Shown here piece after piece: positions 41,560 through 55,209 of a stretch of DNA of 64,000 nucleotides (position 1 is the stretch's first letter; each line of letters opens with the position of its first letter). Location: the NCBI RefSeq assembly GCF_009914755.1, contig NC_060936.1; one strand, given 5' to 3'. The notes under the pieces are model-generated. The model was given only the letters and a program-made list of their open reading frames with translations. It searched no databases and was not told where the DNA came from. The position numbers were made by a program, and so were the translations under genes. This DNA is from the human T2T-CHM13v2.0 reference genome, Homo sapiens.

Positions 41560-43250
41560 TGAAATTTCCTCCTTTTCAAAATAATCCACCAGGTTGTTAG
41601 TGAGTTCTGGCAGGAAATGAATAGCTCTCAATGGGACACCAACTCACTATGAGACCTCAACTACTTATCATGAATCAGGTGTTAATTGATTTTCCAAGTC
41701 ATAAGCTGAGCAATGTGCATCAGCATTCCATCATTGATTAGAAGTGTGACTGAGAAAACTCCAAAGTCAAAAGAAAGTTGGATAAATATATTTGTATTTG
41801 AGAGACTCAAAAAGAAAGAAGCCATGTTCATAGGGAAAGATATTATCCAGTCTGAAAAAGATTTTACTTCTCCAACAATAACTTGGCTATAGTCACTATT
41901 GAGAACCAAAAAGACAGTGATGAATATCAATGCTGAGACTCTAATATGTCACTATAACCTGGGATGTCTTGAAACCATCTGATGATGGATTGATTAAAAT
42001 GGTCTCATTCCACCAAGAAGTGGGCAGTTCTTTGAAAGAGTGATTTAAATTCATTTTTTCTGACTATAATGCTTCTGTCAGAATCAAAATGTTATGGAGT
42101 TACTGAGTATATTTATTGTCCTGTATTTCATACATTACTTATTAAAACTGCATTTTATAGAAAAACAAAGGAACCAATATACTGATATTCACAGCTTTTT
42201 ACATGTATCCCTTATTCTAGGAGCAACTTTGGCATGGCTTATTAAAGACTTAGTTTTAGTACTAGCTACTAGATGAGACTTGGTGACATTGAAATGTTGC
42301 CCTGCAGTAATACCTCTTAACAGTGATCACTTCTTAACAGTGATCGACATATGATGTTATTTCTTATGTAGCCAATCACTAGTCTAGGAAACAAGGGCCT
42401 CATTGTAAATAATCTAGCTTTCCATAGCCATGTCTTTGGGTTCTACTTATTTGGAGATCTTTATTTCTTAAAAAAGAAATTCCTCTACTGTGGGATGTAA
42501 ATGTCATTCCACTAAATAAGAATGTGAATAAGCACCTGATCACTTGAGACTCCTTATGCTACTTTACCAACAACAAAGAGAATGTGGTAAATAAATCTGA
42601 TTGCTCAGGGAAAATAGGGTTGCTGTTAAACAGTGGAGGCAAATAGACTTTCCTCTGTATCCCCTAGAGATCCTCTGGAGCCCTTCCTAATATTTGTCCA
42701 GTGGTAATTTAATGAAATACTATAGAAAATGTACACTTGTAAGATCAGGATTATTGAGGGGTTAGAATCCCCCAGAAATGAAAGTCTGAATCACTGCACT
42801 AAATTAAGAACAGCATCCAGTTGAGATGCTGAATGGGGAAAAAGGAAACATAGAAGGGGTATTGAGGAAGGAGGCTGTGAATAAGGTCCTTGGCTATAAT
42901 ATCTCTTAATTTTCTTTCCTATTCTCCCTCTCTGTCTCTCTTTTCCCTCTTCCCTTCAGTGTATTTATATATTAACTAATTAACTTCTTTCCCCTTCTAT
43001 TTTATATAAGGGTATAAGGGGTTGGTAATTAATGTTAAGATGTTATTTATAGGTTACAGAATATTAAAGTGAGATTATGAGTATACTGGAAAAGAAATCA
43101 CTAAGTGATTGAAACAGTAACTAACAGTACTTTCGGACTCTTAATTTTAGAAGAGAGTAAGCAGTTTTCATTGGTCCATAAAATTAAATGTAGTACATAG
43201 AGATGAGTCATGGTTTTGTAATTATTTTGTTTGTACTTTTAAGGGTAAGT
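41560..43250 (+). mobile_element. Ancient ERVL/MaLR internal sequence fragments
   Basis: ccaagtcataagctgagcaatgtgcatcagcattccatcattgattagaagtg and ctgattgctcagggaaaatagggttgctg resemble ERVL pol/3' internal sequence. Confidence 0.55.
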
Positions 43251-43261
43251 AGAAGCCCTAT

Positions 43262-43378
43262 TAAATATTAGATTCAAATTAAGTGTATTAGTATACACTG
43301 AGATCCTCATTTCTAACATCAGCTTTCCAGGTGATACAAGTGCTGTTGGTCCATGGACCACACTTTTGAGTAGCAAGA
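43262..43378. mobile_element. MER5A-like hAT fossil
   Basis: ccaggtgatacaagtgctgttggtccatggaccacacttttgagtagca. Confidence 0.7.
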
Positions 43379-43414
43379 CTTCAAAGGCTACTTGCTTAGA
43401 GAAGCATTTGATAA

Positions 43415-43732
<318 letters not shown>

Positions 43733-44146
43733 CAGAAAACATTTTAAAGTAACTTGTGTATAGGAGCAGAGTCTGGTTTTCTTTTAAAGTTATTTTGGCC
43801 CCTCTCTGGTTTATATTTCAATTTTAGAAATATATTTCAACAGATATTTTTTTCTTCAGAGTTTAATAAAAACTTTGCTCCAAATATTTTTGTAATAATT
43901 CCTTAGAATATATGAAGGTAAGAAACATAACAAAGCTTGTAGAAATCTTTATAAACAGATGTAAGATTTGTTAAATGTGTGTGTGATTGATAATTATAAA
44001 TAAATATCAATAGGTGTGCGTGTATGTGTGTGTGTATGCATTGGAATGACCTTTGAACCAGTTGAAAATAACCCCTCAAACGGATACCACACACTTTTGA
44101 TGTAACCCTTCAAAAGGATACCACCACACACAGGTGAACTGTATGC

Positions 44147-44768
44147 TGTAAGGGTAAATACAAATTTAAAAAAGAAAAATTAATTTTCTCTGGCGCAAAA
44201 AGGGTAAGAGACCCCTGCCCCACAAACATCTATTCTTTGACATTTACTTTAAAATACTTGTGAGTCCTTTGAAATATGTATGAATGTTTTTAAAGACTAA
44301 GTACGCCTCTTTAAAAAAAAAATCTAGGGATGTTTGTCTCCCAGTTTCCTGGGGAGATAGAGCCCTAATTTCACCTTGTGCCTGACTTCAAGTTGCAAAA
44401 CTTCCTCCTGTCATGAAGTCAGGAGGATTTTTTTTTTATAAAGGAAATTAGCAAACCCAAGTGACTATCTCAATTAACAAGTGAATTTAGAATACCTGAT
44501 GTGTAACAAATGGTAAGGCCAAGTCCTCTTAATGGGATCTAGCTATTGTTTATTTTGAGAACATGCATTTAATAATGGGTTCTGTTTGCTTAGCTACATA
44601 AGAGGTGAGATTTCTTACTGTGTTTACCATCTTATTAGCAGAGTATGATGAGTTTCACATTCTGCTTAATGCTTATTTGATAATAACACTGCATTCTTTC
44701 CCTTCTACCTTTACACAGAGCTTTGCTGGGTGAGAGAAGTTTTTGTTTTCAATTGTATTTCCCTAACA
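44147..44768 (+). mobile_element. ERV1 solo LTR (MER34-like)
   Basis: tgtaagggtaaatac...caattgtatttccctaaca termini with near-TSD atgc/atgt. Confidence 0.65.
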
Positions 44769-45661
44769 ATGTCTGAAGGAGATAATGCAAGGCAGAGGGG
44801 GGGCTCTTATCACTATCTGGCACTTCTCCCCAAACTTCAGTGTTAAATTCCACGGGGAAGGGTTGGATAGGAACTACTTCTCTGGGCAGAGCAAACATAG
44901 GCCAAAGGCATACTTTGCCTGCTTTTCATCTGAAAACCCCAATCTAAAATTAGGAACGTTTGTGCCCCAGTGACAGAAAAAGTCTATCCTAAATACAACA
45001 ACAACCAAAAGATGTGAGAGTTCAATAGAGCATTTGTTAGAAGCTAAAATTGGCAGATTGAAATTTCTTGCCCTGGGTCTTTTTTAGGTAGTATACAGTG
45101 GGAAGATCATCCGAAGACGTTATTAATTTACTGAAGAGAAACAAGAGAGTAACTGGGATTTTTGGGGGGTCTTTTGAAATTCTCTTTTATTCACCTCTAG
45201 TATTAGACTATTGCAAACCACCATTTCAAATGGAGTTGGAGGTGGAAGAATAGAGAAGAAGAAATAAAAAGTCTTGATAGACTAATAAAAATAAAATAAT
45301 AATGTATCAGATAGTAGTTATCAAAGAAAAGGAGCTATATAGAAGTAAGATAATATAGGACCTTCAGCTGTATATATAAAAAGGAATAGGAGATCTATTT
45401 AACTGCAGAAATTAGAAAGGACAGGTTGTGCTGGTGCCAAGAAACCACTGCCTTAAAGTATCTACTAATTATACCAGTGAAAATTCCACAGAAAGTTTTC
45501 CCTTTCAGGTGAATTATTCATGTCATAGGAGATGGCTATGAGCTTTTCTCTCTGCCTGGAAATCCCTCTCCTTCACACTGTGCTAGCTCAGGTGCTATAG
45601 CATCACTCGCTGTCTGGCCCATGCTTGTCTCATTGCTACTATTGTATACACCACACTACAG

Positions 45662-45810
45662 TTTTTAAAGTTAACAGATTATTTTTTAGAGAAGTTTTCA
45701 GTTTACAGAAAAATTGAGCAGGAAGTTGAAAGTTCTCATATATCCCCTCTCACTTATATTCCCAGCATACTGTTTCCCCATCGTTAATATCTTGCTTTAT
45801 TGTGATGTCA
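45662..45810 (-). mobile_element. L1M 3' end fragment
   Basis: ttttttagagaagttttcagtttacagaaaaattgagcaggaag...gttaatatcttgc. Confidence 0.7.
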
Positions 45811-46051
45811 TTTTTTGCCTGTAACATTTTTCCTAATTTTTTAACGCTTTAGTGCAAAGATTTAACTTAGCACTATGCAAAGATATTAAATAAATGTCAA
45901 TGTCAATAAATACAATGAGAATTGGTAGTAAAATTGTGTATATCTTATTTGCACTTTTTAAACATCTGGGACTCTCAAAAATATGAGAACCATGAACTCT
46001 CTTAATATGTGAAGTGTGTATATACACACCTTTGAATATAAAGGTTAAAAA

Positions 46052-46256
46052 CAGCAGGATTTCTCAACTTCAGCACTATTGACGTTCTTTTTTTGTGACA
46101 GGCTGCCCTGTGCATTCTAGGACACTTAGCCGCTTCCTAAGACTCTATCACTTAGGTGCCAGAAGCAATCCCCTCCCCAACCATGACAATAAAAAATATC
46201 TCCAGACATTTCCGAATGTTCCCTGTGTGAACAAACCACCCCTGTTTGAGAATTTC
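46052..46256. mobile_element. MER20 hAT fossil
   Basis: tttctcaacttcagcactattgac...ctccagacatttccgaatgttccctg...cctgtttgagaa. Confidence 0.85.
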
Positions 46257-47033
46257 TAAAGATAGCCTCACCAGACCATAGCTAGGCAAGTATGCATCAG
46301 TATAAAAAGTCATTTCAAAATAATACTAATTGGGGGCTAATTTCTATAAATGTTAAATGATATGGGAGAGAAAGAGATCATACCATGGTAAGGTGATTAC
46401 ATATAAAAAGGAATTATTAACTATAAATTTCAGTAAACATTGAACATACATTTATTATGGTTTTCCTGGCACACATAAAGCAAGTAATCACTCAGAGAAG
46501 TTCTTAGTTGATAATTTGATGTAAACATTTGACATCTGTTGTTTCCAGCCTTTCATTTAATTCAAAAATTTGAATTTCAAGTGTATATATTGAAATTATT
46601 CCTTAAGAAAATGCAATGAGACTTACCAAATTAGTAACAGAAATTGCCTATACATCTAGAAACATACTCTGATAAAGATGTTTACTAGTTACCCAGTCAG
46701 TGATATATATTATCAAATCCCTCCAGAGCCCATAAATATGCAAACCAACGTTCAGCAAGCTACCATTATTTGAAGAACACACAGAGCTATGAAGGCCTAA
46801 AAAGTTAAAGGAGGACATAGTCTCTGTTTTCCAATAACCATTGTCCATGGATATTTTCAGGACTAGAGATAAAAGTTTAGTTCTGTATCAATTTAGTGTG
46901 AGGAACAAAACACTTATTCACATGAGTTCTGTTATATTAAAGTTAAAAGGGCTTTGCATGGCTCAATACTAGTTCAAATGAAAGAAAAGACACATCCTTA
47001 ACATCTCTGTGAAGATAGTTTGACAAAAACTTG

Positions 47034-47448
47034 TGTGTTAGTCCATTCTTCCATAGCTATAAAGAAATACCTGAGGCTGGGTACTTTATAAAGAAAAGAG
47101 GTTGAACTGCCTCACAGTTCTGCAGGCTGTACAGGAGGCATGGTGCTGGCATCTGATTCTGATGAGAACTCAGGAAGCTTACAATCATGGCGGAAGCCAA
47201 AGGGGGAGCCAGTGTGTCACATGGCGAGAGGCAGGAGGAAAGAGGGGAGGGAGGTTCCACATACTTCTAAACAACCTGCTCTCATGTGAACTCAGGATGA
47301 GAATTCACTTACCACCAAGAGGATGCCACTAGACCATTCATTAGGGATCTACCCCCATGATCCAAACACCTCCCAAGGCCTCACCTCCAACTCTGGAGAT
47401 TACAGTTCAACATGAGATTTGGAAGGAACAAAAATCTAAACCTTATCA
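47034..47448 (-). mobile_element. MST-family (MaLR) solo LTR
   Basis: tgtgttagtccatt...ccttatca with a perfect 5-bp TSD ACTTG (47029-47033 and 47449-47453). Confidence 0.92.
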
Positions 47449-47469
47449 ACTTGTAAGAAGCATCTTCAC

Positions 47470-47680
47470 GTGATAGCTAAGACCATAGACTCTCTAGCCA
47501 TGTGGGCTCAGCTTGGAATCCTGTCCCTGTCCCTGTCCCTTGTAAATTATATGGCATTAGGGAAATCAAATAAATTCAGTCCCAGTTTTCTCGTTAGCAC
47601 AATAAAGAAAATAGAGGATTGAATGAGATCATATGTTGAAAACATAGCAAATATTCAACTACATTGGTTATCAGTAAGGT
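47470..47680 (+). mobile_element. MIR fragment
   Basis: gctaagaccatagactctctagcc...gaggattgaatgagatcatatg. Confidence 0.55.
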
Positions 47681-50600
47681 AACCAATATTTGTGGAACAC
47701 CTGCTATGTACAGGCATTTTGCTATGACTAATAAATGTATGGTGACAAATTTTCTGTATATAAGCAATATACAGACAGTAGTTTTACTGCTGAAGAAACT
47801 TAACTCTGTAAAATAAGAAACACAAGCTGCCATATTTGCAGTGAATTATAAACCCGTGCTAAACACGGTACACACAAGTCAATATTATGGACTTTTAAAT
47901 AAAATATTACCAAATGAATTAGATATTGTTTCAATATTAAATGTAAAATATAGAAATTATAAATATTACTTCCAGTTAGTCTGAGAAATTTGGATATTTT
48001 TATGTATTTTTGATATTTGTACATCAAATTAGGACTTATAATTGAAAGTGTTATTAGTGAAGAAATTCCTGAAAACTTCCTTCTTATCCATATTAGTCTG
48101 TCCTATGTTTTTGATTGTTTGTTTCCTTGAGGCCAAGGATTTGTGTTTTGTTTGTCCGTGTATACTCCAGTGTGTCCAGCACAATGCTCTTATCTGCTTT
48201 ATCTCTGAAAGTGGAGGTTAGGTGAGGTAAATTGAATTGCTGTAAACTGAAAGCTTCTTTCAGCACTGCTTCTTCCTATAGCATCCTGGAGGTAGCTGGA
48301 GCTGAATGTCTCAGATAGCTATTTTTCATTATGATATTAAAATGACTGCTAGATTGGCACAAAGAAATGAATGTGTCTTGACACATTAGGGAATTAGGGA
48401 ATTCCCTAATTAATGTGATTTGCCAAGGCTCACACTGTTAAAGTCAAGATGTCCATCTAAGATTTCTGGCTCAATTCCAGAGCATTCAGTTTCATAGCCT
48501 GCTGTTTTCTCTGTATGAATAATTATGATTTTTAATTGAAGTGTACATCAGCTTTTATGTACTGGTTTGGCCACTGACATGTCAGGTGTATGATAACTCT
48601 TCACATGAACCTGACTTCTTCACCTCATAAATTATGTTCCAAGATGAAATTTAAAAGACTTTTCTTGACTGCCACCTTGTGGTAGATTTTTCAAAGTAAA
48701 AAAATTTAGTCGAAGAAATATATGTACAGGTTTCCAACAATGTTAAAAAGAGAGAATTAAACTGCCAGTAATTTATGTATAAATAGAAGAAAGTTTTACA
48801 GTGAGGTTAACAAAAATCTTTAAAAATCTTCCCTGATTTAAAGTAAGCATTTAAAAGAAACATCTCTTTTTTCTTTATTATTCGAAACATTAAATGGGAA
48901 AAAAACAGAAAAAATATTGCCTCATCTATGTAAAATATATATGATATCATCAAATTAATCCAAAACCTTTCCCTGATTCACTGGCTACTTTCTAAAAACT
49001 TTAAAATTAGATTTAGTTGTTGAATAATTATCAATTTAACAAGAAATTACATGTATTATAAGAAAAGTTACCCTATATAATCAACTTTTAAAAGTATGTA
49101 TTTATAATTAACTACATGATACATAGTTTATTAACTATTTTATTACTTTTAAATTGAAATTATCAGTTGACAAAAATATAATTTTCTTAGAGCACTTGCA
49201 ATACGTATGTACTTGTTTTTTCTTGTCTGGATGACCATGGGTAATCTGCTCCCTGTGAATATATCTAGTATGTGTCTAAAACTAAATTAATTACTTGACT
49301 GAGAAAAGGCTCTGAGTGTCCTCAGAAGAAATCAGATCATTCGATTAGGACTTATAATTGAAAGACCAAGATAATTGCTACAATCCAATAACACAGAGTG
49401 AAAGAGGAAAGATGGTTAACCACAAGGCCATCAATCATACTGATGGAAGGACGTTGGCAAATGATTGCTAATGCTTCCAATTCATAAACCAGGTAAACTA
49501 TTCAAAGGTAAAGTTAAGCAGTATTTGGTTGTAAGAACTCTACTATCTAATGTATTAATTAACTATTTTCATAGACTACCTGTAAAGAGTGTCAGGATGA
49601 GAGTTGCTGGTTTTATAGAACAATTTCAGAAATCCTGCCGCAAACCTGATTTCACATTTGAAGAGTGGTTAAAGTCAACATAAGACTGAATGGGGCACCA
49701 CTGAGAGTTAGACAGTCCACTAAACCTCATCATATACAGCGATTCCCAAAAAAGGCAAAGGCACACTTGGGAGCTTTGACATCGGGACCAAAGGCAGAGC
49801 TGGTTTCATTTTCTATTGGTCAAGAAAATAGCCCTTGTTGTAATTCAAGCTCTCTAAATGGAAATTATAATTATTTGTCCTTCAGCTAGAAAACATCCTA
49901 CATATAATGCAGATCTCTTACTGCAAAAAAAAAAAATTAATTTGAGGTCAAAAATCCCTAAGGAGAAACAGTCAAAAAGGTCAGCCTGAGGTAATTTACT
50001 CCCAATCCAATTCTATTTCAATAACTCCACGATGGGTATATTCTTATGAATGCTCACAGGTATTCCCTTTTATCATTAATTCTGGGTATTATATTTTATA
50101 CCTGCTACCAAATTAGATAGCTTTTCATTACATTGCTTTTAAAATCATTTGCCATGGTGTGGTCTTTTTTCTAAGAAAACAATGCAAAGCTAACACAAGA
50201 AGAAACCCTCATTTGAATGACCACTATTTTTTTTTTTACTATTATTGAACATGTGTCTTTCATTAGGTCTGGTCCAACTATCTCAAAGTTTATGCTTTAA
50301 TGACTTTATGAAATCACTATGGAAAACACTTATGCCTTTGAGGTGGTCCCACTTTCTTAATGAGAGGAATATATTTAAATTGTCTGAGAGCTTTGTTTGC
50401 TCTCCTAGCTTGCTGCCATAGGATATGTGAGACTAGAAACTCTATCAAAAATTGTCTTAATTTACTTGCTAACATTCACTCTCTTGCTAGGAATAATTTT
50501 GATTAGTAAGAAAAGTGCTTCCTCATTGACTCTTTCACTGGCAAATAATACATTGCATTTGTGTCTTTCTTTACTGAGCCTAGGAGCCTTTAGATTCATT

Positions 50601-52633
50601 ATCCAATTAATCCTCCTAACATTGCTGTAAAGTGAGAATAAGGAGTAAATTCCCATTCTACATGTAGGGAGATTAAATGACTTATACTATGTCACCGAGC
50701 CAGTAAAAAGCAGAGTTAAGAAAACTGCTTAAGGCTTGCTTTTATTGCAATATTAGGTCATTATTTCTCATATTACAAGAACTTCTTCAGAGATAACTGG
50801 TACTAGGAGTTGAGAACTGAACAGGTTTCCTCATATTTAATTGTAACAGTGTTCTCTGAAATGGCCTTTTGAAATTATAGCTGAGAATATAAATGCATTT
50901 ATATTGGTGAAACATACTGTATTGTGTCCTAATAATATACTGAAGAAAATTACATTTGTCTTTTTTTTTGGTTATATAAGCTAGTTAGTATTCATTAATA
51001 AGCGATAATATTAAGATTCATTAATAAGTGAATATGGAGCTCAGTGCAGCTTTTCTTTTTCCCTTTCATTTATTATTAACAAACTCATTTAAGCTGCCCC
51101 CTTTATCCTATGAGGATTATGCAGCTCAATATCACATTTATTTGATTATTTTAATCATGCATTTTTAAAGAGATTTTGATATTTATACAGAATTAATTCA
51201 AGAAGCAGCATTATTTTATTTCTATTATTTTTACTTTTAAATAAAATTTAATTCAACCTGTAAAAAAGGTAAAATAATAAATATTTAATATCGTGCATGC
51301 TTCTTCATTTCTCACCTTTCCTTGCTGTATAAGAAAACTAAGAAAATTACTATTTGCATGATATATTTGACTCTGCATTTGACTACAACCCAAAAGACAA
51401 AATGCCAGAAATCCCAGAAGCATAGAATTCCTGCAGGATTTCAAGTCCGAGTCTACAGTCCAAGGAAGACTAGAGAGATTCAGATAAACTTTAATTGTAC
51501 ACTTGAACTTTAGCATCTTCAGAACAGATTTGGATATTTGAAATTTTCTTTTTGTAAGTCAGAAGATATTAGATCTGAAGGAGTCTTTTAAAATGTCTTT
51601 GAATTTTCTCTTTGTGTAAACAACTTTAGGAATAATTGAAAGTTGAAGGTCCAAGGTCACCTGAAATAAAATAAGCTGTGTCCTACTCACTCTAGTGGGT
51701 TGATGCCACCTTATGGAAGTTGAGGCTCACTACATCACATGTTGTAAAAGCCACAAAAGCTGAAGTTCCAGGAGAAGGGCTTCTAAATAAAATTTAGTCA
51801 ATATAAAAGCATTTCAATGGATAAACAAAAGGCAGGAGATTAAATATAAAATTCTATTATAATATTTTATTTCATATTTTACATTGCATATTATTAGTCA
51901 GATATATGATAAGGTTCATTTCCCTTTGGTAATGTTAAGAGAGTTGTTTTTTAAAGCAAATATGCAGGTATATTGCCAATGTTCAGAAAAAAATTATTTA
52001 ATTCCTATGTTATTCTGTTTCTTGTTTCTGCTTTTATTATTTTATTTTACCCTTGGTTTCTTCATTCCAAGAAGAAACTGGATAAGTTACTTAAAAGTGG
52101 CTAGAGCTAGAGTAAACACATCTATTTTAAAATTATACTATTATGCTAATACTCAGACTAGGCAGAAAAACTCATCCAGGGGACAATTCCCTAGTAAAAA
52201 TCCCTTTGTAAGCCTGTTGAGGAGCATGAACACAGGGGTTGAAAGTTTCTACTAATCATATTAAGGAAGGAGTTGGGAAGAATTAGGAAGACAGCTGTAG
52301 CTTTTAGTAAAAGTGGGAAAAATGACTTTACAAAGGATGAAGCAAACAAGATGAGCTGGTCCCCAGTGTGTAGATAGGAAATGGGATCGTTTAATTTAGA
52401 GATATGCTTGGACCCAACCAGGCTTTATGAACATCAGACAGGGTCTTGAAAGGAGCTTATTTCCAAATTAATTCAAAGAGAGTTTTAATTTGAACATATA
52501 ATGAAATATAAAATTCAGTGTCTTGGACACATTTGGTAAGTTGTACATTATTTGAGAACTCTAAAACCTATAATCCTTTATTGATCAAAACACTGTTCAA
52601 TGACTCCCAGACCTAGTTGCTCATCAGAATCAC

Positions 52634-53918
52634 CTGGGCCTCCTTTGTACATGATGCTTTTCTGACCGGGCTGTCTTCCTATTACCTGACTCTACGCATC
52701 AACTCAGATAAGTGTCATCAGTCGTTGGAATCTGCCTAGAATCCTAGCTCCGGGTATTTGGATATATCTTATAAAATTTATTCTCATCATTGTCCTTTTG
52801 TCAGCCGAAAGAATTTCATATCACTTCTCGAATTTCTTTAAATGTACCCCCTAGCCCTACTTTGTGGAAGCATTTGTCAGAAAATATTAAGAGAAAGCAT
52901 CTATGAGTCTGTCATACCATAGTCAAAGTTGAGATACCTCAGAATAATTTTCTTGTAGCTACATGTACACCTCAAGGTTGCTATTCTGCTTATCCTCAGT
53001 AGCTTCAAAGGGAGTCAATCAGGGGATCAATACCAACATCCTCAACGACAACGGAACCCCATTTAGCAATACAGAACATCAAGTTGTCTTTCCACTCATG
53101 TGAGGCTACAGCTGAATTTGCCATTTTCTTCATGTCTATGTCGTCAGAGTGTAAGGTTCAAATGAACATTATATTTCTCAGTTCCTTTTATCATCTATTT
53201 CTGCTTATTATTTTCCATGTTATTTTTCCTTGACTTAACACCTTCATCTTTATCTCTATAAGCTGCGAAGCTAACTTATTTTATTAAGTCTCACATTTTT
53301 TCCTATGTGATAATTATCATTCATTTTACTCTCTCATTTCTTCTACAGATGCAGGATAATCAGTTAACTATCAGGGTTACTTTATTCTTTGAGAGTACCC
53401 ATGTAAATATTGTTTATTTATTTTTCACTGGTAGTATAATTTTGGTGGTCCAGCCAGTGTGGTCACCATTATCAACTCAGATGGTGAAAAGATCTTCAGC
53501 AGAGAACTCTCAGACAAAATTTCAAAGATAATTGTGCTTGCAAAGTGTGATCACAAAGGTAATCAGAAATCAACACAAAAGTATATAATATTGAAGATGT
53601 CTGCCTTAGCTTACAGATCCTTTACCAAAGCTTTGAAGCCAGTCTCTGCAACAAACTCCACATTACCAATTGTTTTTGGTACTGCTTGTGTACACCAGCA
53701 TCAATCACAATGATGTCTACAATGTTAACCATTATCCAACTAAGACAGTATGTTGTGTTTTCTTAGTGGCTTCTGGAAAGGTCTTAAAAGCAATTTACTT
53801 TAGAAAATTTATTTTTTTCAATAAAAATTGAATAATGTGAGATATAAGCTGAGCAATCTTTTCTGGAAGGTGAAGTTTTTTGTCTCCTCCTTTTCATGGC
53901 ATGCATTCTGTTAGGAAA
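52634..53918 (-). pseudogene. HSP90AB1: Ancient, heavily decayed processed pseudogene derived from HSP90AB1 (HSP90-beta), covering about codons 1-478; the symbol is the parent gene
   Basis: Collinear minus-strand peptide blocks (locus = parent): HEKEETKNFTFQK/IAQLISHII = [28 protein letters not shown]..VDII = SKLDSG..IDII; NVEFVAETGFKALVKDL*AKADIFNIIYFCVDF = [61 protein letters not shown] = KHN..[34 protein letters not shown] = NDWEDHL; YLNFDYGMTDS*MLSLNIF*QMLPQS = [33 protein letters not shown] = RLSELLR. No introns, many stops and frameshifts. Confidence 0.9.
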
Positions 53919-54009
53919 ATGTGGATGGTGCTGGAAAGTGGGTAGTTGCAAGAAAAATAAATTAATAGACTACTGAGGAAAGACTATAAGAGATACCTGT
54001 GGTTTATGC

Positions 54010-54228
54010 CTGAGGTTGGCAAGCTTTCACTGTAAAGAGCCAGATAGGAAATATTTTATGTTGTAAGGGCCATATGGGCTCTGTAGCAACTGCTTAACGC
54101 TGCCATTGTCTCATGAAAGTACTCATAGGCAGTATGCAAACAAATAAGCATAGCTGTGTTCCAATAAACATCACCAAAACATGTGGCAAGCCAGATTTGG
54201 CTGATGGACTACAGTTTGCCAACCCCTA
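54010..54228. mobile_element. MER58A hAT fossil
   Basis: TIRs gaggttggcaagct / agtttgccaacccct and internal ctgtaaagagccagatag. Confidence 0.88.
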
Positions 54229-55209
54229 CCTTAGATTAGAATGTTTGATGCAATTATGTAACAAAAACAGAACAAGAGTCATGGGCTCAAGACCTATTTC
54301 TGACACTAGGTGTGTAGTAGAGAAACATTTTTCCTAGCTAGCAAAATTTATCATCTGTAAAATGAAAGGATTAAACTTACTTTTCCTAAACTTGCTGTCT
54401 GCTCTAAAATTACGAGTTTATTCTGTGTTCATTTACCTCTTCTTTCATATATAAGAAAAACTTGGCTTGTGTTTTTTTAAAAAGGCAATACAAATCATTC
54501 AAAGAATCATTTTAATTATTTAAATTTTTTTGAAATGATTGCTTTCTCTGGTAGGAGGAGAGTAAGGAAACTCTTACTGCAAGTGTATAAAATGTTTTCT
54601 TTGTTTTTATTCTGTGTGAGTCATCAGAATTTATTATGACTCCCATAAGAAATTTCAACAGAGAGCAAGACACGCAGAGCTATGGTGGGGAATATTGGAC
54701 TGATGGGGTTAAAACATTTGTTTTTTTACTAGATCCTTTTGAATTTAGAGGAATGAACATCTTTTCTTTGCTTATACAAAGACACTCCTTTCACTTCCAC
54801 TATCAATGTTGACTAAAATCCTCATTTTGGATCCCATTCCCTGCTTTGTCTGATTCCAAGATTCTCAGTGTTGATCCCTTTTTGGGCTTAATGCCTTCAT
54901 AATTCCCAAGCATGGCACATTTGTGTCAATATCTTTGTACAAATAGAAAAACATAGATGTTCGAAAACCTTTCAGAGTCTGATATGACAATGCCCTTCCT
55001 TACCCTGTCCTCCACCAGATTCAGCCCCGGAGACCTCATTTAAATTTTAGCCTGCATCACAGAATGATGTGGCCTCTTTAGTGGGTCCAACCAGTCCTAT
55101 GACCCAATCTTCAGCTTGAGTTTCACAAAACCAGAGCTACACATGTATTAATCCTATGATCAAATATGGAAACTCATGGACAATGTCATGAGACAAAGAC
55201 CTCGCAAAT

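Noticed and set aside
44069-44131. Short imperfect tandem duplication (similar ones near 42316 and 57244)
   Set aside because: Ordinary slippage products.
49250-49890. Unique sequence with two adjacent ORFs and a CAG|GTAAAC donor
   Set aside because: No protein similarity recognised and no convincing acceptor.
52260-52633. Possible continuation of the HSP90 pseudogene C-terminal part
   Set aside because: I could not recover HSP90 peptide blocks by eye, and the sequence looks like MER5/L2 relics.
53459-53713. 84-aa plus-strand ORF
   Set aside because: A chance antisense frame over the HSP90AB1 pseudogene. The real homology is on the minus strand.
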